From the IMG/VR virus record IMGVR_UViG_3300031521_000018, positions 1 through 64,000 of that record: DNA of 64,000 bases, one strand, 5' to 3'. Position numbers and translations under genes: made by a program. The notes below the pieces were generated by a model. It did not search any database and had not been told where the DNA came from. It saw only the letters and a list, made by a program, of their open reading frames with translations. This document shows, in pieces, positions 31,913-40,592 of this stretch. Position 1 is the first letter of the stretch. The number at the start of each line of letters is the position of its first letter. The DNA is from an uncultured virus (IMG/VR IMGVR_UViG_3300031521_000018) (Duplodnaviria > Heunggongvirae > Uroviricota > Caudoviricetes).

Positions 31913-31948
31913 AAATGGGATTACCAATTAATTTTGATAGTCCCATTT
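31913..31948 (+). terminator. Hairpin terminator
   Basis: AAATGGGATTA..TAGTCCCATTT, just before the next TATAAATA. Confidence 0.4.
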
Positions 31949-31974
31949 AAGTATAAATAAATTAAAATAACAAC

Positions 31975-33606
31975 ATGGCTGTTAATAATGATAATTTAGA
32001 AAATAAATTAATACCTAAAAACAAGGTAAAAGCTATAGATTCTATAAATGAACTTACTAATAATTTAATTATTAGATTCAAAAACAACCTTAGGTCTTTC
32101 ACATATGCCTCAAGTTTTGGTCAAATAATACTTGTATTACAAAATCACGTTAATAATATTTTCTATTATATTAACGACTCAGCAACTCAATCTAATTTTA
32201 AAACAGCTAACAGAATACATTCTGTACATGGTCTTGCAAGATTACAAGGTCACAACGCTTTTAGAGGTTCATCGGCAAGGGGAAGTATTATACTTATTAG
32301 AAACCCATCAATAAATATAAGTATAGCGGGTGACAAAATACACATACCTAATTACACCAAAATACAGAATTTGGAAAATGGTTTACAGTATACAATATTA
32401 ATGAATACTGATTTCAAAACATTCAATATAAATGATACAAAGGAATTACAAATACCTATTGTAGAAGGTGTTGTAGAAACTCATACATTCACAGGAACAG
32501 GTACAAATATACAAACATATGAATTACCAAACTTACAATTTCAAATGTATGATGATTCATATGTTGAGGTAATGGTTAACGGTAAAATATATGAGCAGTA
32601 TATTTCGCTGTATGATATACCATATGGTGCTGCAGGGTGTTTAGTTAAAACGGGTATGACATCAGGTGTTGATATAATATTTGGGAAAAACAATTTCCAA
32701 GAGATTCCACCTTTAGGCTCTGAAATAAAAGTAAATGTACTTACAACCAATGGAAGTATAGGTAATTTATTCAATTCAAAAACAACTTGGAAACTTAATG
32801 ATACATGCTTTGATGGTAATGGTAATGAATTAAGTCTTGATGATATTTTTTATGTAAACAACAATATATTACCTTGCCTTGGTGCTGATTCAGAGGATAT
32901 AAATTTAACAAAAATTTTAGCACCAAACATTTCAAGAAGTTTTATATTACATGACAAAAAGTCAATTAATTATTTCTTTAAAAAGATGAATTATTTTTCG
33001 TCAATCAACATATTTAAGAAAACTATTGATAATATAAACGAATATTCTGTGTACTTAGTACCATCTTTGATTAACAGGTTAATAACAGGTGAAAATTATT
33101 TTACTATATCTTTAGATAAATTTTTATTATTGGATTATGAAAAAGCTCAAATTTTATCACAGATACAGGAGTCAGGTATTGAATCAGCCAATATAACTAT
33201 GGAACTTATAAATCCTCTTATACAGAAGTTCGCAATGATGATTTACTGTGAATTGGAGGATGGTGTGGATGCCGATATATCAAATATGATGATTACAAGA
33301 CAAAATATTTTAAATATTATAAGTAATTATTTGTTGAATAGAGAATCAACATCAGACATAATACATTCTGAAATAGTGTCACTTATTAACGGATTAGATA
33401 ATATTTATTCCGTTAAGGTTATATTATTATCTCAAGATAGCAAATACATAGATTCTTTAGGAAATATAAAAGTCGATAATAATCAAATAGCAGTTATAAG
33501 AGGTGATTGGACTGACAGCAATAATGTATATTTTAAGGATGAATTTGACCCATTGAATGATTATATGGGGTGTGTAAACATAAATATAGAGAGATTCCAC
33601 TCATAA
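31975..33606 (+). CDS. Baseplate wedge subunit (gp6-like)
   Basis: ASSFGQII..TANRIHSVHGLARLQGHN, IIFGKNNFQEIPPLGSEIKV..TNGSIGN and GADSED; exact TATAAATA upstream. Confidence 0.8.
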   Translation: MAVNNDNLENKLIPKNKVKAIDSINELTNNLIIRFKNNLRSFTYASSFGQIILVLQNHVNNIFYYINDSATQSNFKTANRIHSVHGLARLQGHNAFRGSSARGSIILIRNPSINISIAGDKIHIPNYTKIQNLENGLQYTILMNTDFKTFNINDTKELQIPIVEGVVETHTFTGTGTNIQTYELPNLQFQMYDDSYVEVMVNGKIYEQYISLYDIPYGAAGCLVKTGMTSGVDIIFGKNNFQEIPPLGSEIKVNVLTTNGSIGNLFNSKTTWKLNDTCFDGNGNELSLDDIFYVNNNILPCLGADSEDINLTKILAPNISRSFILHDKKSINYFFKKMNYFSSINIFKKTIDNINEYSVYLVPSLINRLITGENYFTISLDKFLLLDYEKAQILSQIQESGIESANITMELINPLIQKFAMMIYCELEDGVDADISNMMITRQNILNIISNYLLNRESTSDIIHSEIVSLINGLDNIYSVKVILLSQDSKYIDSLGNIKVDNNQIAVIRGDWTDSNNVYFKDEFDPLNDYMGCVNINIERFHS

Positions 33607-33610
33607 AAAC

Positions 33611-33645
33611 AAAATAGTCCGAGAAACAATTTCTCGGACTATTTT
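33611..33645. terminator. Bidirectional terminator between convergent genes
   Basis: AAAATAGTCCGAGAAA-CAA-TTTCTCGGACTATTTT. Confidence 0.8.
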
Positions 33646-33672
33646 TAATTTATTTGCTTTTGGTATTAGTTA

Positions 33673-34971
33673 TTAGTTAATATCATCAGGCAAATTGTCA
33701 AAGTTTAAATCACCAAAGCCTTTTTGATCAGTTTGTGTAACTGATTTTACAGCAGTTTCTACAGGTTTTTCATTTGCGGCAATAGTTTCTACAGGATTTG
33801 CTTCTATAACGGTTTCTACAGGTTTTTCACTTGCGGAAACAGTACCTGCATTGTCTTTCAATGACTTGAATTTCGATGTAGTGTCAACAGATGCTTTATC
33901 AGTTGTTGTTTCCACAACTTTTGGTTGAGTTGTTGTTTCCACAACTTTTGGTTGAGTTGTTGTTTCCACAACTTTTGGTTGTTCGGCAACTTTTGGTTGT
34001 ACCTGTGTAGTTCCCTGTTGTAATCCTACAGCCTGTTGACCTTCGGCAACTGTTGTAACATTATTGTATTCGGGTACGTACTGAGTTCCAAAAACTTCAA
34101 AATACAATTCACAGAATTCTTTATAATACTGTTCACCAAATGCTATTTTAATGCAATTGATTAACAATTTAGCATCTTCTGCTGTTGTTTCTTTGTAGTA
34201 CGTTTGTGACAGGTCAGGGGAATTTGTCTTTAAAAAATCAAAAACTTGTTTTCCTGTTTCTTGGTTAAATTCTTTGATTGTAGTTTTACCACAATCAAAT
34301 GAAATACCACAAAGACCATCATTGAAAGAACTTTGTTCATATGTTGGCATATTTTGATTTCCCTCTGATACCACAATAGTTAAATCTTTACCATTAATAA
34401 GGTCAAACGGCACAATCGGCTTTCTTTTGAGAATTGGGTCACCCTTTAATAATTGATCAAGTTTAACGTTAAGGATTTTGCCATATCTCAAAATTTTGAT
34501 TTTACCATTCAATTCAGGGTGTTGTGGGTCATCATAAATCAAAAACAGGGAATAATTGTAAGTATTGCGTTTAAGCACTTCCAACCGTTTTGATAATTGT
34601 ATTGGGGTGTTTTGGTCGTAATTCTTACCTTTATCGTACACATGCTTCATATATGCTGCAGTAGCTAAATCCTTGAGTTTAGGATTATTACTTGGTGCAT
34701 CTACATAAATTCGGGCTTTAGGGTCATTTGGGTCAGGAAGATAATACATATGTTTGGTAACACGGTCACGCCTGATTTCTCCACAATTAACATCGGGAAC
34801 TAATCTGCCTGTTACTACATAGCGACCATCTTTTACCTTTTCATCGTCAAGTTTTAATGCCAAAAAATCCTCATTAAAATTGCTTGATGTTGGTTGTTCA
34901 AAATTTTCTGCTGTTACCGCAAAAATTCCGCCAAATTCAAAATTTTCAGTTTGTTCAATTTTTTCACTCAT
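33673..34971 (-). CDS. Single-stranded DNA-binding protein (gp32-like)
   Basis: LIYDDPQHPELNGKIKILRYGK, PFDLINGKD and PTYEQSSF; long low-complexity linker; acidic tail DLNFDNLPDDIN. Confidence 0.8.
   Translation of the reverse strand: MSEKIEQTENFEFGGIFAVTAENFEQPTSSNFNEDFLALKLDDEKVKDGRYVVTGRLVPDVNCGEIRRDRVTKHMYYLPDPNDPKARIYVDAPSNNPKLKDLATAAYMKHVYDKGKNYDQNTPIQLSKRLEVLKRNTYNYSLFLIYDDPQHPELNGKIKILRYGKILNVKLDQLLKGDPILKRKPIVPFDLINGKDLTIVVSEGNQNMPTYEQSSFNDGLCGISFDCGKTTIKEFNQETGKQVFDFLKTNSPDLSQTYYKETTAEDAKLLINCIKIAFGEQYYKEFCELYFEVFGTQYVPEYNNVTTVAEGQQAVGLQQGTTQVQPKVAEQPKVVETTTQPKVVETTTQPKVVETTTDKASVDTTSKFKSLKDNAGTVSASEKPVETVIEANPVETIAANEKPVETAVKSVTQTDQKGFGDLNFDNLPDDIN
33901..33981. repeat. 27-bp coding tandem repeat x3 (QPKVVETTT)
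   Basis: AGTTGTTGTTTCCACAACTTTTGGTTG repeated three times in the SSB linker. Confidence 0.9.
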
Positions 34972-35045
34972 TTCAATAGTTTTTTAATTATACAATAGTT
35001 TTCAAAAATTCAAAATATTTTATACCGTTACAAACCAAAGATTTT

Positions 35046-35172
35046 CAACACTACATGGATTTCATACCATGATAAAAATTCTATATATCGTGACTTATTG
35101 AATTCTGCTAGGTTCGGGTATCAATCACACTTCCCTAGCTAGCCGTTCTAATGAGTATTGAACTATAGTGCC
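35046..35172 (-). ncRNA. tRNA-like cloverleaf with an expanded anticodon loop and long variable arm
   Basis: Acceptor GGCACTA/TAGTGTT+G, linker TA, D stem GTTC/GAAC, anticodon stem GCTAG/CTAGC (27-nt loop), variable stem AGAATTC/GAATTTT, T stem CATGG/CCATG (loop TATGAAAT). Confidence 0.65.
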
Positions 35173-35183
35173 GAAAATTTTGG

Positions 35184-36782
35184 TTATATTAAGATGTCCT
35201 CGACTTTCATCGCTATATTGTCGGTAAGTAAAAACATTGTAGCTACGGAAATAGCATTTTCTATACAATTCCTTATTACTTTTGTTGGGTCGATAATACC
35301 ATCCTCGACAAGGTTTGCTAATTCACCATACATATTAATACCATTATTGTCATCTAATATGTCATCTATAATCAGCTTATCAATATCGGAAATACACAAG
35401 TTGCTTAACAATTTTCTTTTTATTGATTCCGATGCCGACTTAATCAAATTGCCTGAAATTGAATAAGGTGGTAATTGATAAGCAGCCTTTATGTATGATG
35501 CACCCGCACCAACCGATACACCTTCCTCAATAGATGATTTAACGGCAGCTATTGCATCATCAATTCTATCCTTTACCTCATAAATTTCTGTATCGGAATT
35601 ACCACCGATTTTAATCGTAGCTATATTTCCCTTTGCAAAAGATAGCAAATTACGTTTCCATTGAATAGCCTCATTCTCTTCGGGTGAACCTGTTTCAATC
35701 ATAGACTTTATATTTTCCTCTATTTGACAAATTTTTGTATCAAGATTAGGCTTATTAATGTCATATATTTGAATATTTGTTTCATCTTTACTCACTACAA
35801 TTTTTTGAGCAGAGCCAATAAACTTAGAACTGAATTCAGCTAGCTTAGTACCAGACTCAATATAAAAAGGTGTTGCTAATGTAGCGGATGCAATCATTGA
35901 CAAATAATCTTTTCTTCTTTCACCGTAAAATGTTGGTTTTATCAAACATATTTTCATCTTTTGGCTCATATGATTGGCAATCATAGTCTGAACAGCTTCA
36001 CCCTCAATATTCTCACCAATTATAAGTAATGATTTATAATTGGTATTGGCTATACTAAGAATTTTTAACATATCAGAGCCTTTTGAAATGTTGTGGTCTG
36101 TTATAATTATACCACAATCTGTTAGCTCAGAAATCATCTTATTAACATCTGTCATGAACATATAACTAGAATATCCCGAAGCTATTTTAATCCCGCTTTG
36201 TATAGTTATTGATGTTTCAGTTGATGGTGATGGTTCAACCATTATAGTTCCATGTTCATTTCCGAATTTATCATATGCCGATGCAATCAAATCGGATATT
36301 CTAACATCTCCATTTGTAGAAATCATGGCAATGTTTCTAATATCCTTATTTGTTTTTGAAATTATTGAATGATCCTTAATATATTCAATCATCAAATCCT
36401 TTGATTTGTTTAAATCATCACGGAGTTTATGAACATTAAAATCAGGATTTGATTTCAAAAATTCATTTATCTCTTTCATAAGTGCATAAGCAAACACAAC
36501 CGTAGATGTAGTGCCATCACCCGCATTTAATGCCGTTCTCATTGATGATTGCTTGAGCAGGTTACACCCTATGTTTTCCCATTCATTTTCAAGTTCTATA
36601 AATTTAGCAACAGTGACACCATCTTTTGTGGATTGTATGATTCTTTCATTTAAATGCTTGAGTAATACGTTTTTGCCTCCAGGACCTAGTGTAGATGATA
36701 CAATATCACATAATTGTTTTGCACCATAAAGTATCGTATCTCTTGCCTCAGCACCTGTTTTTATTTGTACTTTGTCATTCAT
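35184..36782 (-). CDS. groEL: Chaperonin GroEL-like
   Basis: TLGPGGKNV, TKDGVTVA, AGDGTTS, EVKDRIDDA, EEGVSVGAG and GIIDPTKV; lacks the GGM tail. Confidence 0.95.
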   Translation of the reverse strand: MNDKVQIKTGAEARDTILYGAKQLCDIVSSTLGPGGKNVLLKHLNERIIQSTKDGVTVAKFIELENEWENIGCNLLKQSSMRTALNAGDGTTSTVVFAYALMKEINEFLKSNPDFNVHKLRDDLNKSKDLMIEYIKDHSIISKTNKDIRNIAMISTNGDVRISDLIASAYDKFGNEHGTIMVEPSPSTETSITIQSGIKIASGYSSYMFMTDVNKMISELTDCGIIITDHNISKGSDMLKILSIANTNYKSLLIIGENIEGEAVQTMIANHMSQKMKICLIKPTFYGERRKDYLSMIASATLATPFYIESGTKLAEFSSKFIGSAQKIVVSKDETNIQIYDINKPNLDTKICQIEENIKSMIETGSPEENEAIQWKRNLLSFAKGNIATIKIGGNSDTEIYEVKDRIDDAIAAVKSSIEEGVSVGAGASYIKAAYQLPPYSISGNLIKSASESIKRKLLSNLCISDIDKLIIDDILDDNNGINMYGELANLVEDGIIDPTKVIRNCIENAISVATMFLLTDNIAMKVEDILI

Positions 36783-36867
36783 TTTTTTAAATTTTATATA
36801 TTTTTGTTATGTTAGTATTATGAAAATGATTTAAATTAAAGGAAAGTATATCGTCTGCAGCAGAGGG

Positions 36868-37152
36868 CTATTTTTTGGTTATGATTAATAAAATATCACC
36901 CTCTTCCATAACCCTATATTTTTTGCTTTCGATAGTTAACTGAGTACCTGAAAATCTATTAAACATTACTCTTTTACCAACAACAGTATTTTCACCTACA
37001 CTTTCACCTACACCGACAATTTCACCAAGAGTTTGGTCTGTATCATCAATTTTTATAGCTATCAATCCGCTTTCGGTTTGTTCAATTTGTTCTTCAATTT
37101 TAACAAGTATTCTACTTTTAATTACATCTACTATTAATTTTTCACCTTCCAT
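36868..37152 (-). CDS. groES: Co-chaperonin GroES
   Basis: RILVK..TESGLI..GEIVGVG..VGKRVMFNRFSGT..EEGDIL. Confidence 0.92.
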   Translation of the reverse strand: MEGEKLIVDVIKSRILVKIEEQIEQTESGLIAIKIDDTDQTLGEIVGVGESVGENTVVGKRVMFNRFSGTQLTIESKKYRVMEEGDILLIITKK

Positions 37153-37163
37153 AATATTTATTT

Positions 37164-38642
37164 TTAAGCTATTAATTTTTTAAGTTCTTCTATATCATGA
37201 GCAATATCATGATTAGCATATTTTGCCTTAACACGCTTTGTAAACAAGTTGTCTATGACAGTTCTAACACATCCATCTTTTTCACTTGTATATACTACAC
37301 CATTGTTAGCACGTATCATAGTGTTTTTATCATATGGTATTTGCTCACCTGTTTTTGTAACAACGGTTGTTTTATCGTCATATGTTTGACCTATATAAGT
37401 ATCAAGACCAACATTTAGGAATTGCATTATGGATGGATAAAGACTTTCGAAGTCATAAATGCCAATGTATTCATATAAGCCTATTGTTGGCTCAACAACA
37501 AAAGCACCCGCATAGCCTTCTTTTATGTTTTCTTCTTTTATAAATACCTTATTGTAAGTTTTGTAATAATAATCACTAAAGATTGATTCTATTATAATTG
37601 AAACCGATGTTCCCAAAAGTAAATCAACCTTTCCAATGTTGGTTATAGTTTGCATCAAGGAAAATATATCGGTTTTCTTGTCAATCATTTCTACAAGAAA
37701 AGCATCAGTTATACCATAAAAGCAAAATTTCTCAAAATCTGTGTCGTATAAATCTTGTAAGTTTCCATTGTATTCAATTTTGGTAACACCCAATACCTCA
37801 TTCGAAATAAACCCTAATGACATAGATGTTTTATACGCAACAGATTGGTCAAAGAATTCAAATATTTGCATATAATCAATAATTGGTCTATGCAATGGTA
37901 AATCTAATATTATTTTATTTTCTTTGTTGTATTTATCAGAAAGCGAATGAGAAAATGTTTTTCCTACAGGTGATATAATTTTTGCATAATCAATACCTGT
38001 TCTTTTACACCTATTAAAATAATATTGTGCATCAAATTTTAAAACATTCCAACCGAATATTACAGACATTTTGCTCATATAGTTTACGGCAAAATCGCAA
38101 TTCATGGAGTATTCATCTTTGTATTGACGGTATTTTAGATTTACTTGTTTAACTATTTTTTTATCCAATATTTTAGATAAATGAGCGTTTAATTTTATTT
38201 CAATTCTTTTTAATTGCTCACCCGTCAATTCCTTCATCCCAAATATAGTACCATTTCCATATTCATCACAAATAGTATGGAGTAATATTCTACCAATAGG
38301 ATTGGATGCCTCGGTATACACACCATTAACAGTTTCTGTTTCTATATCCCAAAACCATTTCTTTGGCTTGTTATCTGAAAATATTTTGTCCTGTAAATGC
38401 TGTGGTAAATTATTTATATATTCGTATTGCCTGTATTTTGTTAGATAATTTTTACGTATCTTTTTTACGGGTCTATCAAATTGAGATGTTATAGTAGGAT
38501 GTTTGTATCTATCATCTAATCCTGCTTCCTCCCAAACAAATTTTTCACTATCTGAAATTGGAATATTAACCAAGTCTATTTCACCATTTTCATTGAAATA
38601 GGAGATAGACATGTCATTAAATATTTGTTTTGAATTTATCAT
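37164..38642 (-). CDS. Family B DNA polymerase, N-terminal half (exonuclease + motif A) of a split gene
   Basis: ExoI WDIETE, ExoII GWNVLKFDAQY, ExoIII YGITDA, YAGAFV and motif A DFESLYPS. It ends in the fingers helix before motif B; no YGDTDS. Confidence 0.9.
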   Translation of the reverse strand: MINSKQIFNDMSISYFNENGEIDLVNIPISDSEKFVWEEAGLDDRYKHPTITSQFDRPVKKIRKNYLTKYRQYEYINNLPQHLQDKIFSDNKPKKWFWDIETETVNGVYTEASNPIGRILLHTICDEYGNGTIFGMKELTGEQLKRIEIKLNAHLSKILDKKIVKQVNLKYRQYKDEYSMNCDFAVNYMSKMSVIFGWNVLKFDAQYYFNRCKRTGIDYAKIISPVGKTFSHSLSDKYNKENKIILDLPLHRPIIDYMQIFEFFDQSVAYKTSMSLGFISNEVLGVTKIEYNGNLQDLYDTDFEKFCFYGITDAFLVEMIDKKTDIFSLMQTITNIGKVDLLLGTSVSIIIESIFSDYYYKTYNKVFIKEENIKEGYAGAFVVEPTIGLYEYIGIYDFESLYPSIMQFLNVGLDTYIGQTYDDKTTVVTKTGEQIPYDKNTMIRANNGVVYTSEKDGCVRTVIDNLFTKRVKAKYANHDIAHDIEELKKLIA

Positions 38643-38648
38643 ATCAAT

Positions 38649-39167
38649 TTATATTTTAATCAGCCTTATAATGTCTAAAACAACTTTGATTAATTCAAAA
38701 TGGTTTATTAAAAACACAGATAAAAAGCTTACCAAAACATAACATATGAATCTTGAAAATGTATTTTTGTATAGTATTGGAACAAATTTAATATAAAAAA
38801 TGGCATTTTTAATTTCTTGATCAGAAGTAACTAAATATTTTTCCTTTCTTGTCTTCACCAAGCCATAAAGATTCTGAACAACCATTGCCTGTTCTAGTAT
38901 TGTTAAATATGTTTGTAAGTATTCATCAAAGTATTCAGATTCAACTTCTTCGGGTATAACTACAACTAAATACATAGTACCAAACGTTGATACTCTTAGG
39001 TTATTAATGGTATTTCCTTTGATAGTTATAGTATACTTTTCTTGAATATATTTTATTCCACAAATATTATAGAAACAGTTAATTGTATAGCTATATAATT
39101 TAACGGTCTTCCAATAAAACAAAACAAAACAAAACAAAAATACCGATATAAGCATTATTAGCCCCAT
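38649..39167 (-). CDS. Hypothetical membrane protein
   Basis: Hydrophobic N- and C-terminal segments. Confidence 0.6.
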   Translation of the reverse strand: MGLIMLISVFLFCFVLFYWKTVKLYSYTINCFYNICGIKYIQEKYTITIKGNTINNLRVSTFGTMYLVVVIPEEVESEYFDEYLQTYLTILEQAMVVQNLYGLVKTRKEKYLVTSDQEIKNAIFYIKFVPILYKNTFSRFICYVLVSFLSVFLINHFELIKVVLDIIRLIKI

Positions 39168-39171
39168 AATT

Positions 39172-39453
39172 TTAAATTTCGATTAAATCAATTAAATATT
39201 GTGTAATCTGTGATTCTGTGTAATTTGCCTCTAGTGCATCGGGTAAAAATATTTCATCACCCATTTCAATAAGGTTTTTAAATGAATTACACATATAATT
39301 TAAAAAATCTCTTTGGTGTACATCTACTCTACTTAACGATTTTGATACATCATTTCTTATCATCTCAACATTCTCTAATGACAAGTTTATACCTTGATAT
39401 CTTTCAGATGTCTTCTTGATGGATTTCAATAGGGCAATAGTTTCATTTTTCAT
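39172..39453 (-). CDS. Hypothetical protein
   Basis: 93-aa ORF in the operon. Confidence 0.6.
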   Translation of the reverse strand: MKNETIALLKSIKKTSERYQGINLSLENVEMIRNDVSKSLSRVDVHQRDFLNYMCNSFKNLIEMGDEIFLPDALEANYTESQITQYLIDLIEI

Positions 39454-39499
39454 TCCAATACTTGTTTTAAGTTCTTATATAATTACATAAATTGTGTTG

Positions 39500-40588
39500 T
39501 CAAGATGCATTGGAAAGCCGATTATTTGTAAAGTGTGATTGATATGATTTTAATGACTTCATAACATCAGATGGCAAAAGTAATTGTTGATTGGTATCAA
39601 AACTATTTCCATACTCTTGCTCAAATGCTTCCTCAGAACCTATGTTGGCTGTTTCCTCTTGTTTCCATTTATCATCTCTACCCTCAACATCAAACCAATC
39701 TACACGTATAGGATTGAAATAATTTTTACCAAGTAATCCATCAGTGTACAATTGCCAAAATAAATTTCTGCCTCTTGCTGTAGATGTAATTATCATCTTT
39801 GCTGTTTTTGACGATGACATTGTTGGAAAAATAGTTTGATAGAATATTTTTAATACCTGTGGGTCAATCAGTGCAAATTCATCACAGTAAAGTATACCGT
39901 TAACAGTAAGACCTGCACCCGCTTTCTCTGTTGCTGTTTCACCTTTTATTGAGCAGCCATTATCATATATTTTCCTCTTTTGATTATCAACACATATACC
40001 AAGTTTCATATAAAATGGCAAATTGTCGTATATTGTATCTATCTTTTCTATAAGTTCTTTAACTTTATCATCGGTTGCCGAAGTACATGCGACACCTTTA
40101 TCATAATTGGTAAGTAAATACCACATTATAAAAATACCTGATGTAATAGAATTATGGCTCAGTATATCATTAGAAAAATAACTCATTTCTCCTGAACCAA
40201 CTGTAACATCAAAAGTAAATTGTCTAGGTAATTTTTCTACTTTTACAACACGTGATATTCCTTGTTTTGTGATTAAAAATGTCTGCCTTGTTACGTTATT
40301 AGCATCAATTATCTGCATATTTGAATCATAAAACAAATGATTTACAGAACACTTTACAAAGCATCCATTTTTAGTAGTTATTTTAAGTATTTCGGCATTT
40401 GTCTTAATATGGACAGCCGATAAATATTGACCACCCTTTATACCGTTTACCAATAAATTATCTTTAGGAATAGAGGAACTAATTATACAGTCTTCCTCAA
40501 CTTTATATTTCCACAGATTATAATTTAAAAATATAACTATTTTTAATATAGCATTTAAAGTTTTTTCCAAAATTTCTAATAGTCCCAT
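39500..40588 (-). CDS. Split-intein C-fragment fused to the terminase large subunit ATPase core
   Basis: Likely start is ATG 40588, 4 nt after the upstream stop. After SHN comes S-ITSG (the Ser of Walker A GKS), Walker B ILYCDEFA, motif III IITSTARG, VDWFDVEGRDDKW and FEQEYG. RQxGK and the nuclease domain are absent. Confidence 0.88.
   Translation of the reverse strand: MGLLEILEKTLNAILKIVIFLNYNLWKYKVEEDCIISSSIPKDNLLVNGIKGGQYLSAVHIKTNAEILKITTKNGCFVKCSVNHLFYDSNMQIIDANNVTRQTFLITKQGISRVVKVEKLPRQFTFDVTVGSGEMSYFSNDILSHNSITSGIFIMWYLLTNYDKGVACTSATDDKVKELIEKIDTIYDNLPFYMKLGICVDNQKRKIYDNGCSIKGETATEKAGAGLTVNGILYCDEFALIDPQVLKIFYQTIFPTMSSSKTAKMIITSTARGRNLFWQLYTDGLLGKNYFNPIRVDWFDVEGRDDKWKQEETANIGSEEAFEQEYGNSFDTNQQLLLPSDVMKSLKSYQSHFTNNRLSNAS
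40151..40588 (-). mobile_element. Atypical (long, 146-aa) IntC of a split intein at TerL Walker A
   Basis: Block B KCSVNHLF, block F FTFDVTV..SYFSNDI, block G LSHN|S; no block A and no endonuclease. Confidence 0.85.
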
Positions 40589-40592
40589 TGTG

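Noticed and set aside
35046..35172. Canonical functional tRNA gene
   Set aside because: 27-nt anticodon loop, no D-loop GG, no TTC in the T-loop and no CCA; reported as a tRNA-like ncRNA instead.
39454..39499. Group I/II intron or RNA trans-splicing joining the TerL ATPase and nuclease pieces
   Set aside because: The flanks are short and AT-rich with no recognisable intron core or shared repeat. It cannot be fully excluded without RT-PCR.
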